Source of the DNA: Candidatus Cloacimonadota bacterium
GTDB taxonomy: Bacteria; Cloacimonadota; Cloacimonadia; G963667145
NCBI GenBank assembly: GCA_963676615.1
Contig: OY781092.1
Location: 1,472,001 to 1,536,000 of the forward strand
DNA: 64,000 bases
Direction: 5' to 3'
The notes beneath the pieces were generated by a model that did no database searches, had not been told where the DNA came from, and saw only the letters and a list, made by a program, of their open reading frames with translations. Each line of letters begins with the position of its first letter. Within the stretch, counting starts at the first letter, position 1. The translations under genes and the position numbers were made by a program. Of this stretch, positions 1-9,719 are shown piece after piece.

Positions 1-1
1 T

Positions 2-820
2 TACACAACCTCCGAAAATTTCACAAACGAGCTGATAAAATCTATCAAAGAAAAAACCAGCGAGAGTTTTCGAGACAGTTATCGCAATGTTGACATACTC
101 CTAATCGACGACATCCAGTTTTTCAAGCGAAAAGAATCGTCTCAAGAGGAATTTTTTAGCACCTTTAATATTTTATATAACAACAATAAACAGATCGTCA
201 TCACTAGCGATAAACCTCCAAAAGATTTGGAAGGCATCGAAAGCCGACTCGTTAGCCGATTTGAAGGCGGTTTAACCGTCGATTTGTCAATTCCAGAATA
301 CGAAACTCGGGTCGCAATTGTAGAAAACAAACTAAAAAGAGACGGAACGAAGTTATCATATGCCGTAATTGATTTCATTTGCGAAAATATCGTCGATAAT
401 ATCAGAACGCTCGAAGGCGCGATAAATAAACTTTTGGCTTACTCTTCCTTTCATGATATAGAAACAGAAAACATAGAAGTTAGCCTCGCCAAAGAGATAA
501 TCTCCAGCCTTATCTCCAAAAAAGTAGAATCGTTAACGCTGGACAATATTAAAGAAAAAGTGTGCGAAAAATACGGAATTACAACCAAAGACATCTTATC
601 GAAAACAAAGCGCAAAAACATCGTTTTTCCTCGCCAAATCGGAATGTATTTATCAAACTTCCTAATACCGCAACTAGCGCTCAAACATATCGCTCAATAT
701 TACAAACGAAAAGATCACTCAACTGTGATAAATGCACGCAGATTAATCAAAAAAAAGATGGAAGAAGATAAATCTTTCTACCTAGAAATACAAAAACTTA
801 TAGAAAACATAAAATATTAA
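2..820 (+). CDS. dnaA: Chromosomal replication initiator DnaA (5' truncated by window edge)
   Basis: Frame open from position 2: YTTSENFTNE...DILLIDDIQFF (Walker B)...QIVITSDKPP...RLVSRF, NIRTLEGA, domain IV RQIGMYL...KDHSTVI. Confidence 0.97.
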   Translation, partial: YTTSENFTNELIKSIKEKTSESFRDSYRNVDILLIDDIQFFKRKESSQEEFFSTFNILYNNNKQIVITSDKPPKDLEGIESRLVSRFEGGLTVDLSIPEYETRVAIVENKLKRDGTKLSYAVIDFICENIVDNIRTLEGAINKLLAYSSFHDIETENIEVSLAKEIISSLISKKVESLTLDNIKEKVCEKYGITTKDILSKTKRKNIVFPRQIGMYLSNFLIPQLALKHIAQYYKRKDHSTVINARRLIKKKMEEDKSFYLEIQKLIENIKY

Positions 821-1037
821 ATAAACAGTGTGTGGAAAACTTTTGTTAAATAAATGTGGGAAAAGCAAAAATAAAAAATAAACGAAACAACTAAAAAAAA
901 TAAACACAAAAACTCACAAATTAAAAACAATTGTAACTGTAATAAAAACAGTAAAATAGGTGCAAAAACAACAAAAAAACATACCCTATTATTACTATAA
1001 TTAATATATAAAAAATAATAATATAATAAGGAAAGAG
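821..1037. other. Probable replication origin oriC
   Basis: Very AT-rich 217-bp gap directly after dnaA; perfect DnaA box TGTGGAAAA 831-839, 1-mismatch TGTGGGAAA 855-863, DnaA-trio-like CTATTATTACTA 986-997 after a short C run. Confidence 0.65.
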
Positions 1038-1808
1038 ATGACAAAATATTTTTTCGTGACTTTTATAAGCATTTTTCTTTTTGGATGTTTCGAATCGAAC
1101 ACCGTTTTGGCGCGAGTAAACAATAAAACATTAAAGCAATCTGATTTAAAATATTTGAATATTGATAAAAAAAATCAAGAGCAGTTTATTCACGAATGGG
1201 TTAAATTGCAGCTTCTCGCCAGTTCTGTTAAAGAAAATCCTATTATAAATCTGAAAGCTAATTTTAATAAAGCTAAAATGAAAGCAAATATTTTTGTAAG
1301 TAATTTACTTAAAAATAAAGAGATAAACAAAGAAGACTTGTTAAATTATTATAAAGTTAACTACCAAAATTTTTATGAGGTTGTTCCAAAATATAAGTTT
1401 CAAAAAATTTATGTATCGACAAAAAAGAAAAAAAATATAATTATAAACAAAATTTCGGAAAATACAGGGATAAAATTTAGCGATTTGGCAAAAGATTATT
1501 CAGAGGATATTTTTGGAAAAAACGGCGGTTATACGGGGTTTGTAGATAAAAGCGTGATCCGCGATAATGTTTGGAATAAAGTTATAAACTCTCCCAAAAA
1601 TCAGTATGTTTGGGTTGATGTTCCAGATGGCTATGTTATTGCCAGGTGGTATGATAGCAAAGATTTCAAGATACAACAAAGCTTCGATAAAGTTAGAGAA
1701 AAAATAAGGCAAATTTTGATAAAACAAAACAGAGAAAACTTGTTAAATCAAGAGCTTGAAAAGTTAAAAAAAGAGAATAAAGTAGAAATAAATTTAAAAA
1801 ATATTTAA
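1038..1808 (+). CDS. PpiC/parvulin-type peptidyl-prolyl isomerase lipoprotein (PrsA/SurA-like)
   Basis: Lipobox LFGC, VLARVN N-terminus, FSDLAKDYSED...NGGYTGF parvulin motif, FDKVREKIRQIL tail. Confidence 0.75.
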   Translation: MTKYFFVTFISIFLFGCFESNTVLARVNNKTLKQSDLKYLNIDKKNQEQFIHEWVKLQLLASSVKENPIINLKANFNKAKMKANIFVSNLLKNKEINKEDLLNYYKVNYQNFYEVVPKYKFQKIYVSTKKKKNIIINKISENTGIKFSDLAKDYSEDIFGKNGGYTGFVDKSVIRDNVWNKVINSPKNQYVWVDVPDGYVIARWYDSKDFKIQQSFDKVREKIRQILIKQNRENLLNQELEKLKKENKVEINLKNI

Positions 1809-1823
1809 GATTTAGGAGAAAAA

Positions 1824-2129
1824 ATGAACAATATTTTTTTGGCTCAGCAAAGTATTTTAGGGATGTTGCCGTTTGTGGCAATGATTTTGATTATTTGGTT
1901 TTTGATAATCAGACCGCAGAAGAAAAAGCAAAAAGAACACAAAGTGATGCTTGAGGAGCTAAAAATTGGCGACAAAATTATCACCAACGGCGGAATTACA
2001 GGCGTTATCGCTAATGTAAAAAACGAGAAAAATTTGGTTAGCGTGAAAGTCGCCGACAATGTTAAAATCGATTTTCTGAAATCTTCGATTGCGACCAAAA
2101 TTGTAAAAAACGGAGAAGATGAGAAATAA
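1824..2129 (+). CDS. yajC: Preprotein translocase subunit YajC
   Basis: Single TM then IRPQKKKQKEH...LKIGDKIITNGGITG. Confidence 0.95.
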   Translation: MNNIFLAQQSILGMLPFVAMILIIWFLIIRPQKKKQKEHKVMLEELKIGDKIITNGGITGVIANVKNEKNLVSVKVADNVKIDFLKSSIATKIVKNGEDEK

Positions 2130-2631
2130 AAAAAGTTTGCCGATAATAACTTTCGGAAACGAAATTTTGCGAAAAAAATGCCAATCAGTTGAAAAAATAG
2201 ACGAAAATGTTAAAAATCTTGTCAGTTCGATGATTGAAACGATGTATAACAACAACGGCGTTGGTTTGGCAGCTCCGCAGATTGGCGAGAATTTGCGGAT
2301 TTTTATAATCGATGTAAGTTCAAAAAAAAACGAGCTACAGGTGTTTATAAACCCAGAGATTAAAAAGTTGGAAGGTTCGCAAATTGGGGAAGAAGGCTGT
2401 TTGAGCGTTCCCGAAATTTATGCAGAGATTCCGCGCGCGGAGTTTGTGGAAGTGAGTGCGCAAAATTTGGAAGGCGAGAGTTTTACTTTGAGCGCAGAAG
2501 GACTTTTGGCTGTGGCTATTCAGCACGAGAACGATCATCTGGACGGAAAACTTTTCATCGATTATTTAGACAAACTCGACATTTTGCGATTTAAAAAAAA
2601 GCTCGAAAAAATAAAATGCAAAGCAAGTTAA
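2119..2631 (+). CDS. def: Peptide deformylase
   Basis: GVGLAAPQIG, EGCLS, QHENDHL motifs. Confidence 0.97.
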   Translation: MRNKKSLPIITFGNEILRKKCQSVEKIDENVKNLVSSMIETMYNNNGVGLAAPQIGENLRIFIIDVSSKKNELQVFINPEIKKLEGSQIGEEGCLSVPEIYAEIPRAEFVEVSAQNLEGESFTLSAEGLLAVAIQHENDHLDGKLFIDYLDKLDILRFKKKLEKIKCKAS

Positions 2632-3149
2632 AAAAAATCAAACTTTTGGTGCTCGATTGCGACGGAGTTTTAACGCCGGGCTTTTTTTATTATGGATTTC
2701 AAGAGGAGATAAAGCAGTTTAATACCAAAGACGGTCTTGGTTTGGTGATGTTTTTGCAGTTTGGCTATAAAGTGGCGGTCATCACTGGCAGAGAAAGTGG
2801 CGCTCTTGCGCAAAGGTGCTCCGATTTGAAAATAGAATATCTGTTTCAGGGAGTGCGAAACAAGCTGGCTGTGCTCACAAAATTGAAAGATAAGCTAAAA
2901 ATTTCGCTCGAAGAGATTTGTTATGTTGGCGACGATTTGAACGATTTTGAATGTTTGCAAAGCGTTGGATTTGGTGTTTGTCCAGCCAATGCCAATTTTT
3001 TTTTGAAAGACAAAGTAGATTATGTTTGCCAGACCGATGGTGGAAAAGGCTGCGTCAGAGAAGTGATAGATTATATTTTAGAAGCGAAAAACGAATTGAA
3101 AGATGCTCAAGAAAATTTTATCAAAAACTTATCTGCTGTTTCTGATTAG
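2616..3149 (+). CDS. kdsC: KDO 8-phosphate phosphatase (HAD)
   Basis: LDCDGVLT, KDGLG, ITGR, YVGDDLND, GGKGCVRE; sits before lptC. Confidence 0.92.
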   Translation: MQSKLKKIKLLVLDCDGVLTPGFFYYGFQEEIKQFNTKDGLGLVMFLQFGYKVAVITGRESGALAQRCSDLKIEYLFQGVRNKLAVLTKLKDKLKISLEEICYVGDDLNDFECLQSVGFGVCPANANFFLKDKVDYVCQTDGGKGCVREVIDYILEAKNELKDAQENFIKNLSAVSD

Positions 3150-3666
3150 CCTGCTGGCAGTCGGTTGTGTGAAAGGCGAGGACATCCTCAAGCACAGCAA
3201 AAAGTTCGAGGGAAAAGGCGAGCTGCCCGAAAAAACCAGCGACACAGTGACTTTAATTTCGCTGGAGAACGAGAAAATTGTCTGGTATCTGAAAGCCAAA
3301 CATATCACGGAATTTGCCAAGCGAAAGCAGATTTTTGCCAAAGATATCGAGATTTACGCTTTTGACGATAACGACCGAATTGTCTCGACAATGACCGCCG
3401 ATAGCGCCGAAATTAACGAAGTTAAAAAGATGTTGGAAGCGATGGGAAATGTCAAGATTTTGAGCGAAAATGGCGTTTTGGAGACGACCAAAATTTATTG
3501 GAATTTAGCGAATAATAGCATTTTTACGCAAGAAAATGTGAAGATTACGCGAGGCGATAATGTTATGTATGGCAATAACTTATACACAGATATTGAGCTG
3601 AATTCGGCGAAGCTTGACAATATTAAGGGAGAGGGCGAAGTTGAAGCTCAAAATATTAATTTTTAG
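3103..3666 (+). CDS. lptC: LPS export protein LptC (lipoprotein-type)
   Basis: Lipobox AVGC, beta-jellyroll pattern (ADSAEI, AMGNVKI, LETTKIYW), kdsC-lptC-lptA-lptB synteny. Confidence 0.8.
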   Translation: MLKKILSKTYLLFLISLLAVGCVKGEDILKHSKKFEGKGELPEKTSDTVTLISLENEKIVWYLKAKHITEFAKRKQIFAKDIEIYAFDDNDRIVSTMTADSAEINEVKKMLEAMGNVKILSENGVLETTKIYWNLANNSIFTQENVKITRGDNVMYGNNLYTDIELNSAKLDNIKGEGEVEAQNINF

Positions 3667-4759
3667 CGTTTTTATTTTTGCGATTATCGGCAGCGGATAT
3701 GGCGCAAAGGTAAAAAGCCTTAAAAATAGAAAGGTCAAAAAAAGCAGTAAAAATTACCGAATTATCAATTCCGATGTGCTAAAATTGCGAAAAAGTAACA
3801 ACGAAATTATCTCGCAGATGCGAGGAAATGTTCACTTTTTTTACGACGATATCGAGTTTTATAGCGACCGAGCAGATTTATATGAGACCCAGCAAAAAGT
3901 GCAGCTTTTGGGAAATGTAAAGATTATCAAAGACACGATAACCCTTACGGCTGAGGATGTTACCTATTTCAAAAAAGAGGAAAAAGTTTATCTGATCGAC
4001 AATGTTTTTATCAAGATGGAAAACAGAAGCAACGGGACGATGAAAACTTTTTCGTGTCATCGAGCGGAAATCGATCGAGAGTCGGGGCAGATGAAGGCTG
4101 ACCGAGATATCAGGGTTTACGATCAGGAGCGGAATTTGCGGATTTTTTGCGGGAAGATGCGTTACAATCTGAACACCAAAAAAGGGTATATGGTCGATAA
4201 TCCCGAGATTTTTTCGACAAGTGACGATTCGACGAGACTGACGGCGAAGAAGATAGATATTTTGGACGGGCACAACAAAGTTCGAGCGAAATATAATGTG
4301 AAAACTTTTTCCAAATATCACAGAACGCAGAGCGACGAGCTGGTGTATCTGAGTGACGAGCGGAAAGTTATTTTGCTGGGCAAACCGAAGTTTTTTTCGG
4401 ACAAGCTAAACGCAAGAGCGAAGCGGTTTTATTTTTATTCCGATTTGTCTTTTAAAAATATCGAAAAGATTGTGCTGGAGGAAGATTGTGAGGTCGATTT
4501 TCCGTCGGAAGCAGGGAAAAAATTTGACAACAAATTGACTTCTGGCAATGTAGATATAGATTTTTCGGGCTCGAATTTGAAAGATATTATCGCCACGAAA
4601 GATGTGGCGCTGAGCCTGATTAACGAAGACAGTTCGGGCGTTTCGGTGAACAAAATTTATGGCGATACTTTGATTTTGCGGGTGAACGAAGAAAAAAAGT
4701 TGGAATATATGACGATGAAGAGCGACAAAGTGAAGGGCGTTTTTAAATTTAGTAATTAG
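3641..4759 (+). CDS. LptA/OstA-family LPS transport protein (long, repeated jellyroll)
   Basis: Signal peptide from TTG 3641, GNVHF...SDRADLY...GNVKI..DTITLTAE repeats, lies between lptC and lptB; start uncertain. Confidence 0.75.
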   Translation: MKLKILIFSVFIFAIIGSGYGAKVKSLKNRKVKKSSKNYRIINSDVLKLRKSNNEIISQMRGNVHFFYDDIEFYSDRADLYETQQKVQLLGNVKIIKDTITLTAEDVTYFKKEEKVYLIDNVFIKMENRSNGTMKTFSCHRAEIDRESGQMKADRDIRVYDQERNLRIFCGKMRYNLNTKKGYMVDNPEIFSTSDDSTRLTAKKIDILDGHNKVRAKYNVKTFSKYHRTQSDELVYLSDERKVILLGKPKFFSDKLNARAKRFYFYSDLSFKNIEKIVLEEDCEVDFPSEAGKKFDNKLTSGNVDIDFSGSNLKDIIATKDVALSLINEDSSGVSVNKIYGDTLILRVNEEKKLEYMTMKSDKVKGVFKFSN

Positions 4760-4762
4760 ATT

Positions 4763-5503
4763 ATGGAAAATGAAATAAGAATTGAAAATATTGTGAAATA
4801 TTACGGCTCGAAGCTGGTTTTGCGGGATATTAGCGTGAATATTAAGCAAGGCGAATGCGTGGGAATTATGGGTCCGAACGGCGCAGGAAAGTCAACGACT
4901 TTTTATATTGTGCTTGGGCTAATAAAGGCGACGCAGGGCAAAATTTTGTATAACGGAAAGCTGATAAATCACCTGCCGATGTATAAGCGCGCAAGGCTCG
5001 GAATCGGCTATCTGGCGCAGCAACCGTCGATTTTTCACAACTTGACTGTCGAACAAAATGTGATGGCGATTTTGGAGATGCTCAAGATTTCTAAAGTCGA
5101 GCGGAAGCGAAGGCTGGAGGAGCTACTGGCGGATCTAGACCTCACCAAACTCAGTCGTCAGAAAGCTTACACTTTGTCTGGCGGAGAGCGGCGGAAGCTG
5201 GAGATAACCAGGGCTCTAGTGACTAACCCGTCGTTTTTGCTGCTGGACGAACCTTTTGCGGGCGTGGATCCCAAAGCTGTCGAGGACATTCAGAATATTA
5301 TCAAAAAGCTGGGCGAGAAAAATATCGGCGTGCTGATTACCGACCACAATGTTATCGAAACTTTGAAGATTGTGCAGCGGGCGTATATTGTTTTTGACGG
5401 AAAAATTCTTTTTTCGGGAACTTCTGCGGAACTGGTGAACGACGAAAAAGCGCGTGAGGTTTATCTGGGAAACAGCTTTTTGCAACACAATTTTGAAAAA
5501 TAG
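4763..5503 (+). CDS. lptB: LPS export ABC transporter ATPase LptB
   Basis: GPNGAGKST, LPMYKRARLGIGYL, LSGGERR, LLDEPFAGVDP, ITDHNV. Confidence 0.97.
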   Translation: MENEIRIENIVKYYGSKLVLRDISVNIKQGECVGIMGPNGAGKSTTFYIVLGLIKATQGKILYNGKLINHLPMYKRARLGIGYLAQQPSIFHNLTVEQNVMAILEMLKISKVERKRRLEELLADLDLTKLSRQKAYTLSGGERRKLEITRALVTNPSFLLLDEPFAGVDPKAVEDIQNIIKKLGEKNIGVLITDHNVIETLKIVQRAYIVFDGKILFSGTSAELVNDEKAREVYLGNSFLQHNFEK

Positions 5504-5512
5504 TGGAAGAAA

Positions 5513-6886
5513 ATGGAAGTAATTTTAGCGGGATTTAACTTAGATGTTGGTTTGATCGGTCAACCAAAAAGCCAAAAGAGCACGCCAGAGACGATTTCGG
5601 CGGCGTATGCACGGATAAGTAGAAGCAAAAAAAGCGTCTGCTCGTTGCGAGAAGAGTCGATTTTGGATGTCGAAAAAGCGAAAGCTTCCAACGAAAATAT
5701 CGTCTTTGAAATGGGGCACTCTTCGGTGGCGGAGCACGCCGTTTTCAATTTCGATTTGATTGGCGTTTCGAGGTTTTTGACCGAATATATTCAGCGCAGC
5801 AGGCTGGCTTCTTTTACCGAAAAATCGCAAAGATATGTGACGCTGGACGGAGATTTTTATCTGCCAAAAGAGCTGAAAGATAGCCCGCTGGAGCAAAAAT
5901 TTATCGAGACGATAGAGGCGCAAAATCAGCTGTATTTTGCTTTGTTTGAGCAGGCGAAGCAAAAGCTGGAGCAAGAAAATTTTGCTGGTAGCAAACGGGA
6001 GCGATTTGGCAAGGCGAAAGAGGACGCACGCTATTTTTTGTCGCTGGCGACACAGACGCAGATGGGGATGACGCTTAACGCTAGAAGTTTGCAAAAATTG
6101 CTCGTGCGGTTGGACAAGCTGGATTTGCTGGAGGCAAAGGAGCTCAAAAATCAGCTGGAGCAAAAAGCGAAAAGCGTTGCGCCGTCGCTGATAAGATACA
6201 CGGATGCCGACGATTTCTATAAATTTGCGCCGAAGATAAAGGCGGAAAAAGTGGCTTGCCCTGATTTTCAGGTGAGGCTTTTGCAAAGTCCTGAAAATGC
6301 CGACGATTTGGTGCTGCAAGGTCTGTTTTTGGATGCGGGATTTCCTTTTGAGCAGGCGAAAAATCAAACGGATATTTTGGGAAAAACGCAAAAAGAGCAG
6401 ATTTTTGACGACTTGTTTTCCAAGGCGAAACTTTATTCGGGAATGCCCAGAAGTTTTGAGCTAGCCGATTTTGTTTTTGAGATTTGCTGCTCGGCGTGCT
6501 GTTTTGGGCAGCTAAAGCGGCATAGAATGTCCACGATTTTGAAAGCCGACTATAGCCCAGAGAGCGGAATTGTTGTGCCAGAGCTGATAAAATCGCTTTG
6601 CCAGCAGGACAAAATCGACGAGGTTATTAAAAAAACAGATGAGCTTTTTTGGGAGTTGGAACGATGTAAAAAAGGGCTTGGCAATTATATTTTGACGAAC
6701 GCTCACAAGACGCAGGTCGTTTTTAAGGCGAATTTGCGGGAGCTTTACCATTTTTCACGATTGCGCGCGGACAAACACGCTCAGTGGGAAATTCAGGAGA
6801 TTGCCAAAAAAATCGACGAGTTGATAAAAAAGAAAGCTCCGTTAGCGGGAAAATTTTTGGGAGGAAAAGATGAAGTTTTTGCTTAA
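5513..6886 (+). CDS. thyX: FAD-dependent thymidylate synthase with two ThyX-like halves
   Basis: GHSSVAEH and SQRY in the N half; QLKRHR and NLRELYHFSRLR...AQWEI in the C half. Confidence 0.88.
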   Translation: MEVILAGFNLDVGLIGQPKSQKSTPETISAAYARISRSKKSVCSLREESILDVEKAKASNENIVFEMGHSSVAEHAVFNFDLIGVSRFLTEYIQRSRLASFTEKSQRYVTLDGDFYLPKELKDSPLEQKFIETIEAQNQLYFALFEQAKQKLEQENFAGSKRERFGKAKEDARYFLSLATQTQMGMTLNARSLQKLLVRLDKLDLLEAKELKNQLEQKAKSVAPSLIRYTDADDFYKFAPKIKAEKVACPDFQVRLLQSPENADDLVLQGLFLDAGFPFEQAKNQTDILGKTQKEQIFDDLFSKAKLYSGMPRSFELADFVFEICCSACCFGQLKRHRMSTILKADYSPESGIVVPELIKSLCQQDKIDEVIKKTDELFWELERCKKGLGNYILTNAHKTQVVFKANLRELYHFSRLRADKHAQWEIQEIAKKIDELIKKKAPLAGKFLGGKDEVFA

Positions 6887-8003
6887 ATTTGGCGTGATTG
6901 CGCTGGTTATTTTTGGATGTGGAAAAAAGGCTGTGCAGGGTAGATATGTGAATATTTCGCAAAATATAAACAGCAACAACAGTATGTTTCAGGCAGATTT
7001 GGGCAGAAAGGGCGACTATTCTGGCGAGTCTTTGCAGAGCTATCCGCCGACGATGGTCAGGTGGCAATATCCCGTGAACAAAGAGATTTACGCCTCGCCC
7101 GTCTATTACGACGGCAAAATTATCGTCAGCGACTACGAAAATTGCGTGATGGCGATTAACTTTCGCTCGGGATTTTGCGACTGGGTTTTTCGCACAAAAC
7201 GGCGCAACTCCGCCAGCGTCGCCGTGGCAAACAACACGGTTTACATCGGCAGTTACGACAAATATTTTTACGCGATAAACGCCTCCAACGGCTCTCTTAT
7301 CTGGAAGTTCAAAACCGACGGCTACATCACCTCATCGGCTGTCGTCTATGGCGGAATCGTCTATTTTGGCAGTTGGGACGGATATTTGTATGCGCTAAAC
7401 TGCAAAGACGGCGAAATGGTGTGGAAGTTGAAATTGGACGGCCGCGTTTACACTTCTCCAGCCATCGACACAAAAAATAATTTGGTGATTTTTGGCGACA
7501 GAAACCTTTATGCAAGTGAGCTGACCACCGGAAAAGTCAAGTGGAAATTCTCGACGCAAGATTACATCGAAACCGCGCCAGTTGTGGACGGAGACTGCGT
7601 TTATATCGGTAGCCGAGACTACAAAGTTTACTGTCTGGACGCAAAAACTGGCGGCGAAAAATGGTCTTACAAAACCGACTATTGGGTGACAGGCTCGCCA
7701 TCGATTTACCAAAACAAGCTCATCGTCGGCTCATACGACGACTACATCTACATTTTGGACAAAACCAGCGGCGACTTTATCGGCAAAATCCACAGCGGCG
7801 GCGACATTCAGCTGCCCACGATGGTCGTCGGTCACTACGCCTACGCTCAGGATGTCAACGGGCATTTCACGGCGGTAAATTTGCGCAGCAACAAGCAGGC
7901 GTGGCGCAGAAAGTTCGCCAACAAAAAATCTTTGCCCCTGATTCACAATGGCAGCCTGATTACCGTAAACGGCGAGTCTATTTTGAGGTTGGACAACAGG
8001 TAA
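6870..8003 (+). CDS. PQQ-repeat beta-propeller lipoprotein (BamB-like)
   Basis: Lipobox IFGC; repeated VYxGSxDxxxYALdaxxGxxxW blades. Confidence 0.85.
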   Translation: MKFLLKFGVIALVIFGCGKKAVQGRYVNISQNINSNNSMFQADLGRKGDYSGESLQSYPPTMVRWQYPVNKEIYASPVYYDGKIIVSDYENCVMAINFRSGFCDWVFRTKRRNSASVAVANNTVYIGSYDKYFYAINASNGSLIWKFKTDGYITSSAVVYGGIVYFGSWDGYLYALNCKDGEMVWKLKLDGRVYTSPAIDTKNNLVIFGDRNLYASELTTGKVKWKFSTQDYIETAPVVDGDCVYIGSRDYKVYCLDAKTGGEKWSYKTDYWVTGSPSIYQNKLIVGSYDDYIYILDKTSGDFIGKIHSGGDIQLPTMVVGHYAYAQDVNGHFTAVNLRSNKQAWRRKFANKKSLPLIHNGSLITVNGESILRLDNR

Positions 8004-8023
8004 TTTTTTTAGATAAAAACAGA

Positions 8024-9262
8024 ATGAGCCTTAGAGTCAAAGGGGTTGCAGAGCGCTCGCCAGCAGAAAAAATCGGAATTGCCAGCGGCGACGAGATTTT
8101 TCGCATAAACGGAAACAAGATAAACAATTTTTTGGATTTGCAATTTTATGGAGCAGACCCAAAAATTTGTGTCGAGTGGAAATCTGCCGACGGAATTTTG
8201 CACAAAAAAGAGCTGGAAATTCAGCAGTCGCTGGGCGTGATTCCAGAGCAACACCGCTGCAGGGAGTGCCGAAATAATTGCGTTTTTTGCTTTGTGCGGC
8301 AGCTGCCAAAAGGGCTACGCCCGACGCTCTATTTGCGTGACGACGATTTTCTTTTTTCGTTTATCTACGGTAATTTTATCACTTTTTCCAACATCACCAG
8401 CGACGATATTCGGCAGATTAAGCAGCAGTTTCTCTCGCCGCTTTATGTTTCGGTGCATGCGCTGGACAAAAATGTTCGCCAAAAAATGCTCAGAGGCGTT
8501 GGCGTTGTTGACATTGAGCCGATTTTGGAGGAGCTTTTTGACAGCGGGATACGGTTTCATTTTCAGATAGTTTTGGTGCCTGGTTACAACGACGGCGATG
8601 TTTTTGCCAAAACTTTGCGCGATTTGCAGAAATTCGAGCCAGAGTCTATCGGCGTTGTGCCAGTGGGGCTTACCGAGCATCGACAAGGTTTGCCGAAATT
8701 GCGTAAGCTCACGCCGCTTGAGGCGAGCCAGGCTATTTCGACGGCGAAAAATTTTGCGGGCGTTTATTGTGCCGACGAGCTGTTTTTGCAGGCTGGTTTG
8801 CCGTTGCCAGATTTGGAATATTATCAAGATTTTCCGCAGCTGGAGAACGGAATTGGTTTGTTGCGAAAGTTGCTTTGTGGCTGGCAGCGACAGCGAGAAG
8901 ATTTCGAAGATTTTGCCAAAGGGCTGGAGGCAGATTTGTTGTTTGTCTGTGGCGAGTCTGCTTTTGAGTTTTTGCGTAAAATAAGTTTGCAAATAAAGAT
9001 TGACACAAAAATTTCGAGCCAAGTGGTAAAGATAAGCAACGATTTTTTTGGCAGGTCGATAACCGTTAGCGGACTTTTGACGGCGGCGGATATTTGCAGT
9101 CAAGCCAATGGCGAAAATAAGGCGGTTTGCCTGTCTTCTGCGGTGTTCAACACGCATGGCATAACGCTGGACGGCGTGAGCAAACAGGAGCTCAAGCGGA
9201 AATTGCGTTGCAAATTTTTGGTGATAATCGACGAAGTTTTTGACTCGTGGGAGGTTTTGTGA
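8024..9262 (+). CDS. PDZ + radical-SAM-like DUF512 protein
   Basis: SPAEKIGI..GDEI PDZ, CRNNCVFCF cysteine motif, PQLENGIG, ITVSGLLT; ATG 8024 preferred to track start 7661. Confidence 0.88.
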   Translation: MSLRVKGVAERSPAEKIGIASGDEIFRINGNKINNFLDLQFYGADPKICVEWKSADGILHKKELEIQQSLGVIPEQHRCRECRNNCVFCFVRQLPKGLRPTLYLRDDDFLFSFIYGNFITFSNITSDDIRQIKQQFLSPLYVSVHALDKNVRQKMLRGVGVVDIEPILEELFDSGIRFHFQIVLVPGYNDGDVFAKTLRDLQKFEPESIGVVPVGLTEHRQGLPKLRKLTPLEASQAISTAKNFAGVYCADELFLQAGLPLPDLEYYQDFPQLENGIGLLRKLLCGWQRQREDFEDFAKGLEADLLFVCGESAFEFLRKISLQIKIDTKISSQVVKISNDFFGRSITVSGLLTAADICSQANGENKAVCLSSAVFNTHGITLDGVSKQELKRKLRCKFLVIIDEVFDSWEVL

Positions 9263-9711
9263 ATAGGCTGAATTGGCACGAATATTTTATGCAGATTACT
9301 CAGGTTGTGGCGCAGCGTTCGACTTGTCTGCGGCGCCAAGTGGGCGCGATTATCGTTCGGAATAAGCAGATTTTGTCCACGGGCTACAACGGTTCGCCCA
9401 AGGGCTTGGAGCATTGCAAAATCAAGGGCTGTTTGCGGCAGGAGCTGCAGATTCCTTCGGGGCAACGGCACGAGATTTGCAGGGCTGTGCACGCCGAGCA
9501 AAATGCGGTGATTCAGGCGGCTGTGAACGGCGTTTCGATTTCGGGAGCGGTGCTTTATTGCACAAATTCGCCGTGCAGCATCTGCGCCAAGATTTTGGTG
9601 AACGCCGAGATTAAGAAAATTTATGTCGCCGACGACTATCAAGACGATTTGGCGAAGCAGATTTTGCAGGAAGCGGGCGTCGAGTTAATTCATTTGAAAT
9701 TAGAGAGTTAG
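9259..9711 (+). CDS. dCMP deaminase (ComEB family)
   Basis: RSTCLRRQVGA, TGYNG, HAEQNA, PCSIC. Confidence 0.93.
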   Translation: MNRLNWHEYFMQITQVVAQRSTCLRRQVGAIIVRNKQILSTGYNGSPKGLEHCKIKGCLRQELQIPSGQRHEICRAVHAEQNAVIQAAVNGVSISGAVLYCTNSPCSICAKILVNAEIKKIYVADDYQDDLAKQILQEAGVELIHLKLES

Positions 9712-9719
9712 AGAGTTTT

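Noticed and set aside
7661..8023. N-terminal extension of the DUF512 ORF
   Set aside because: Overlaps the beta-propeller gene; the PDZ domain begins at ATG 8024.
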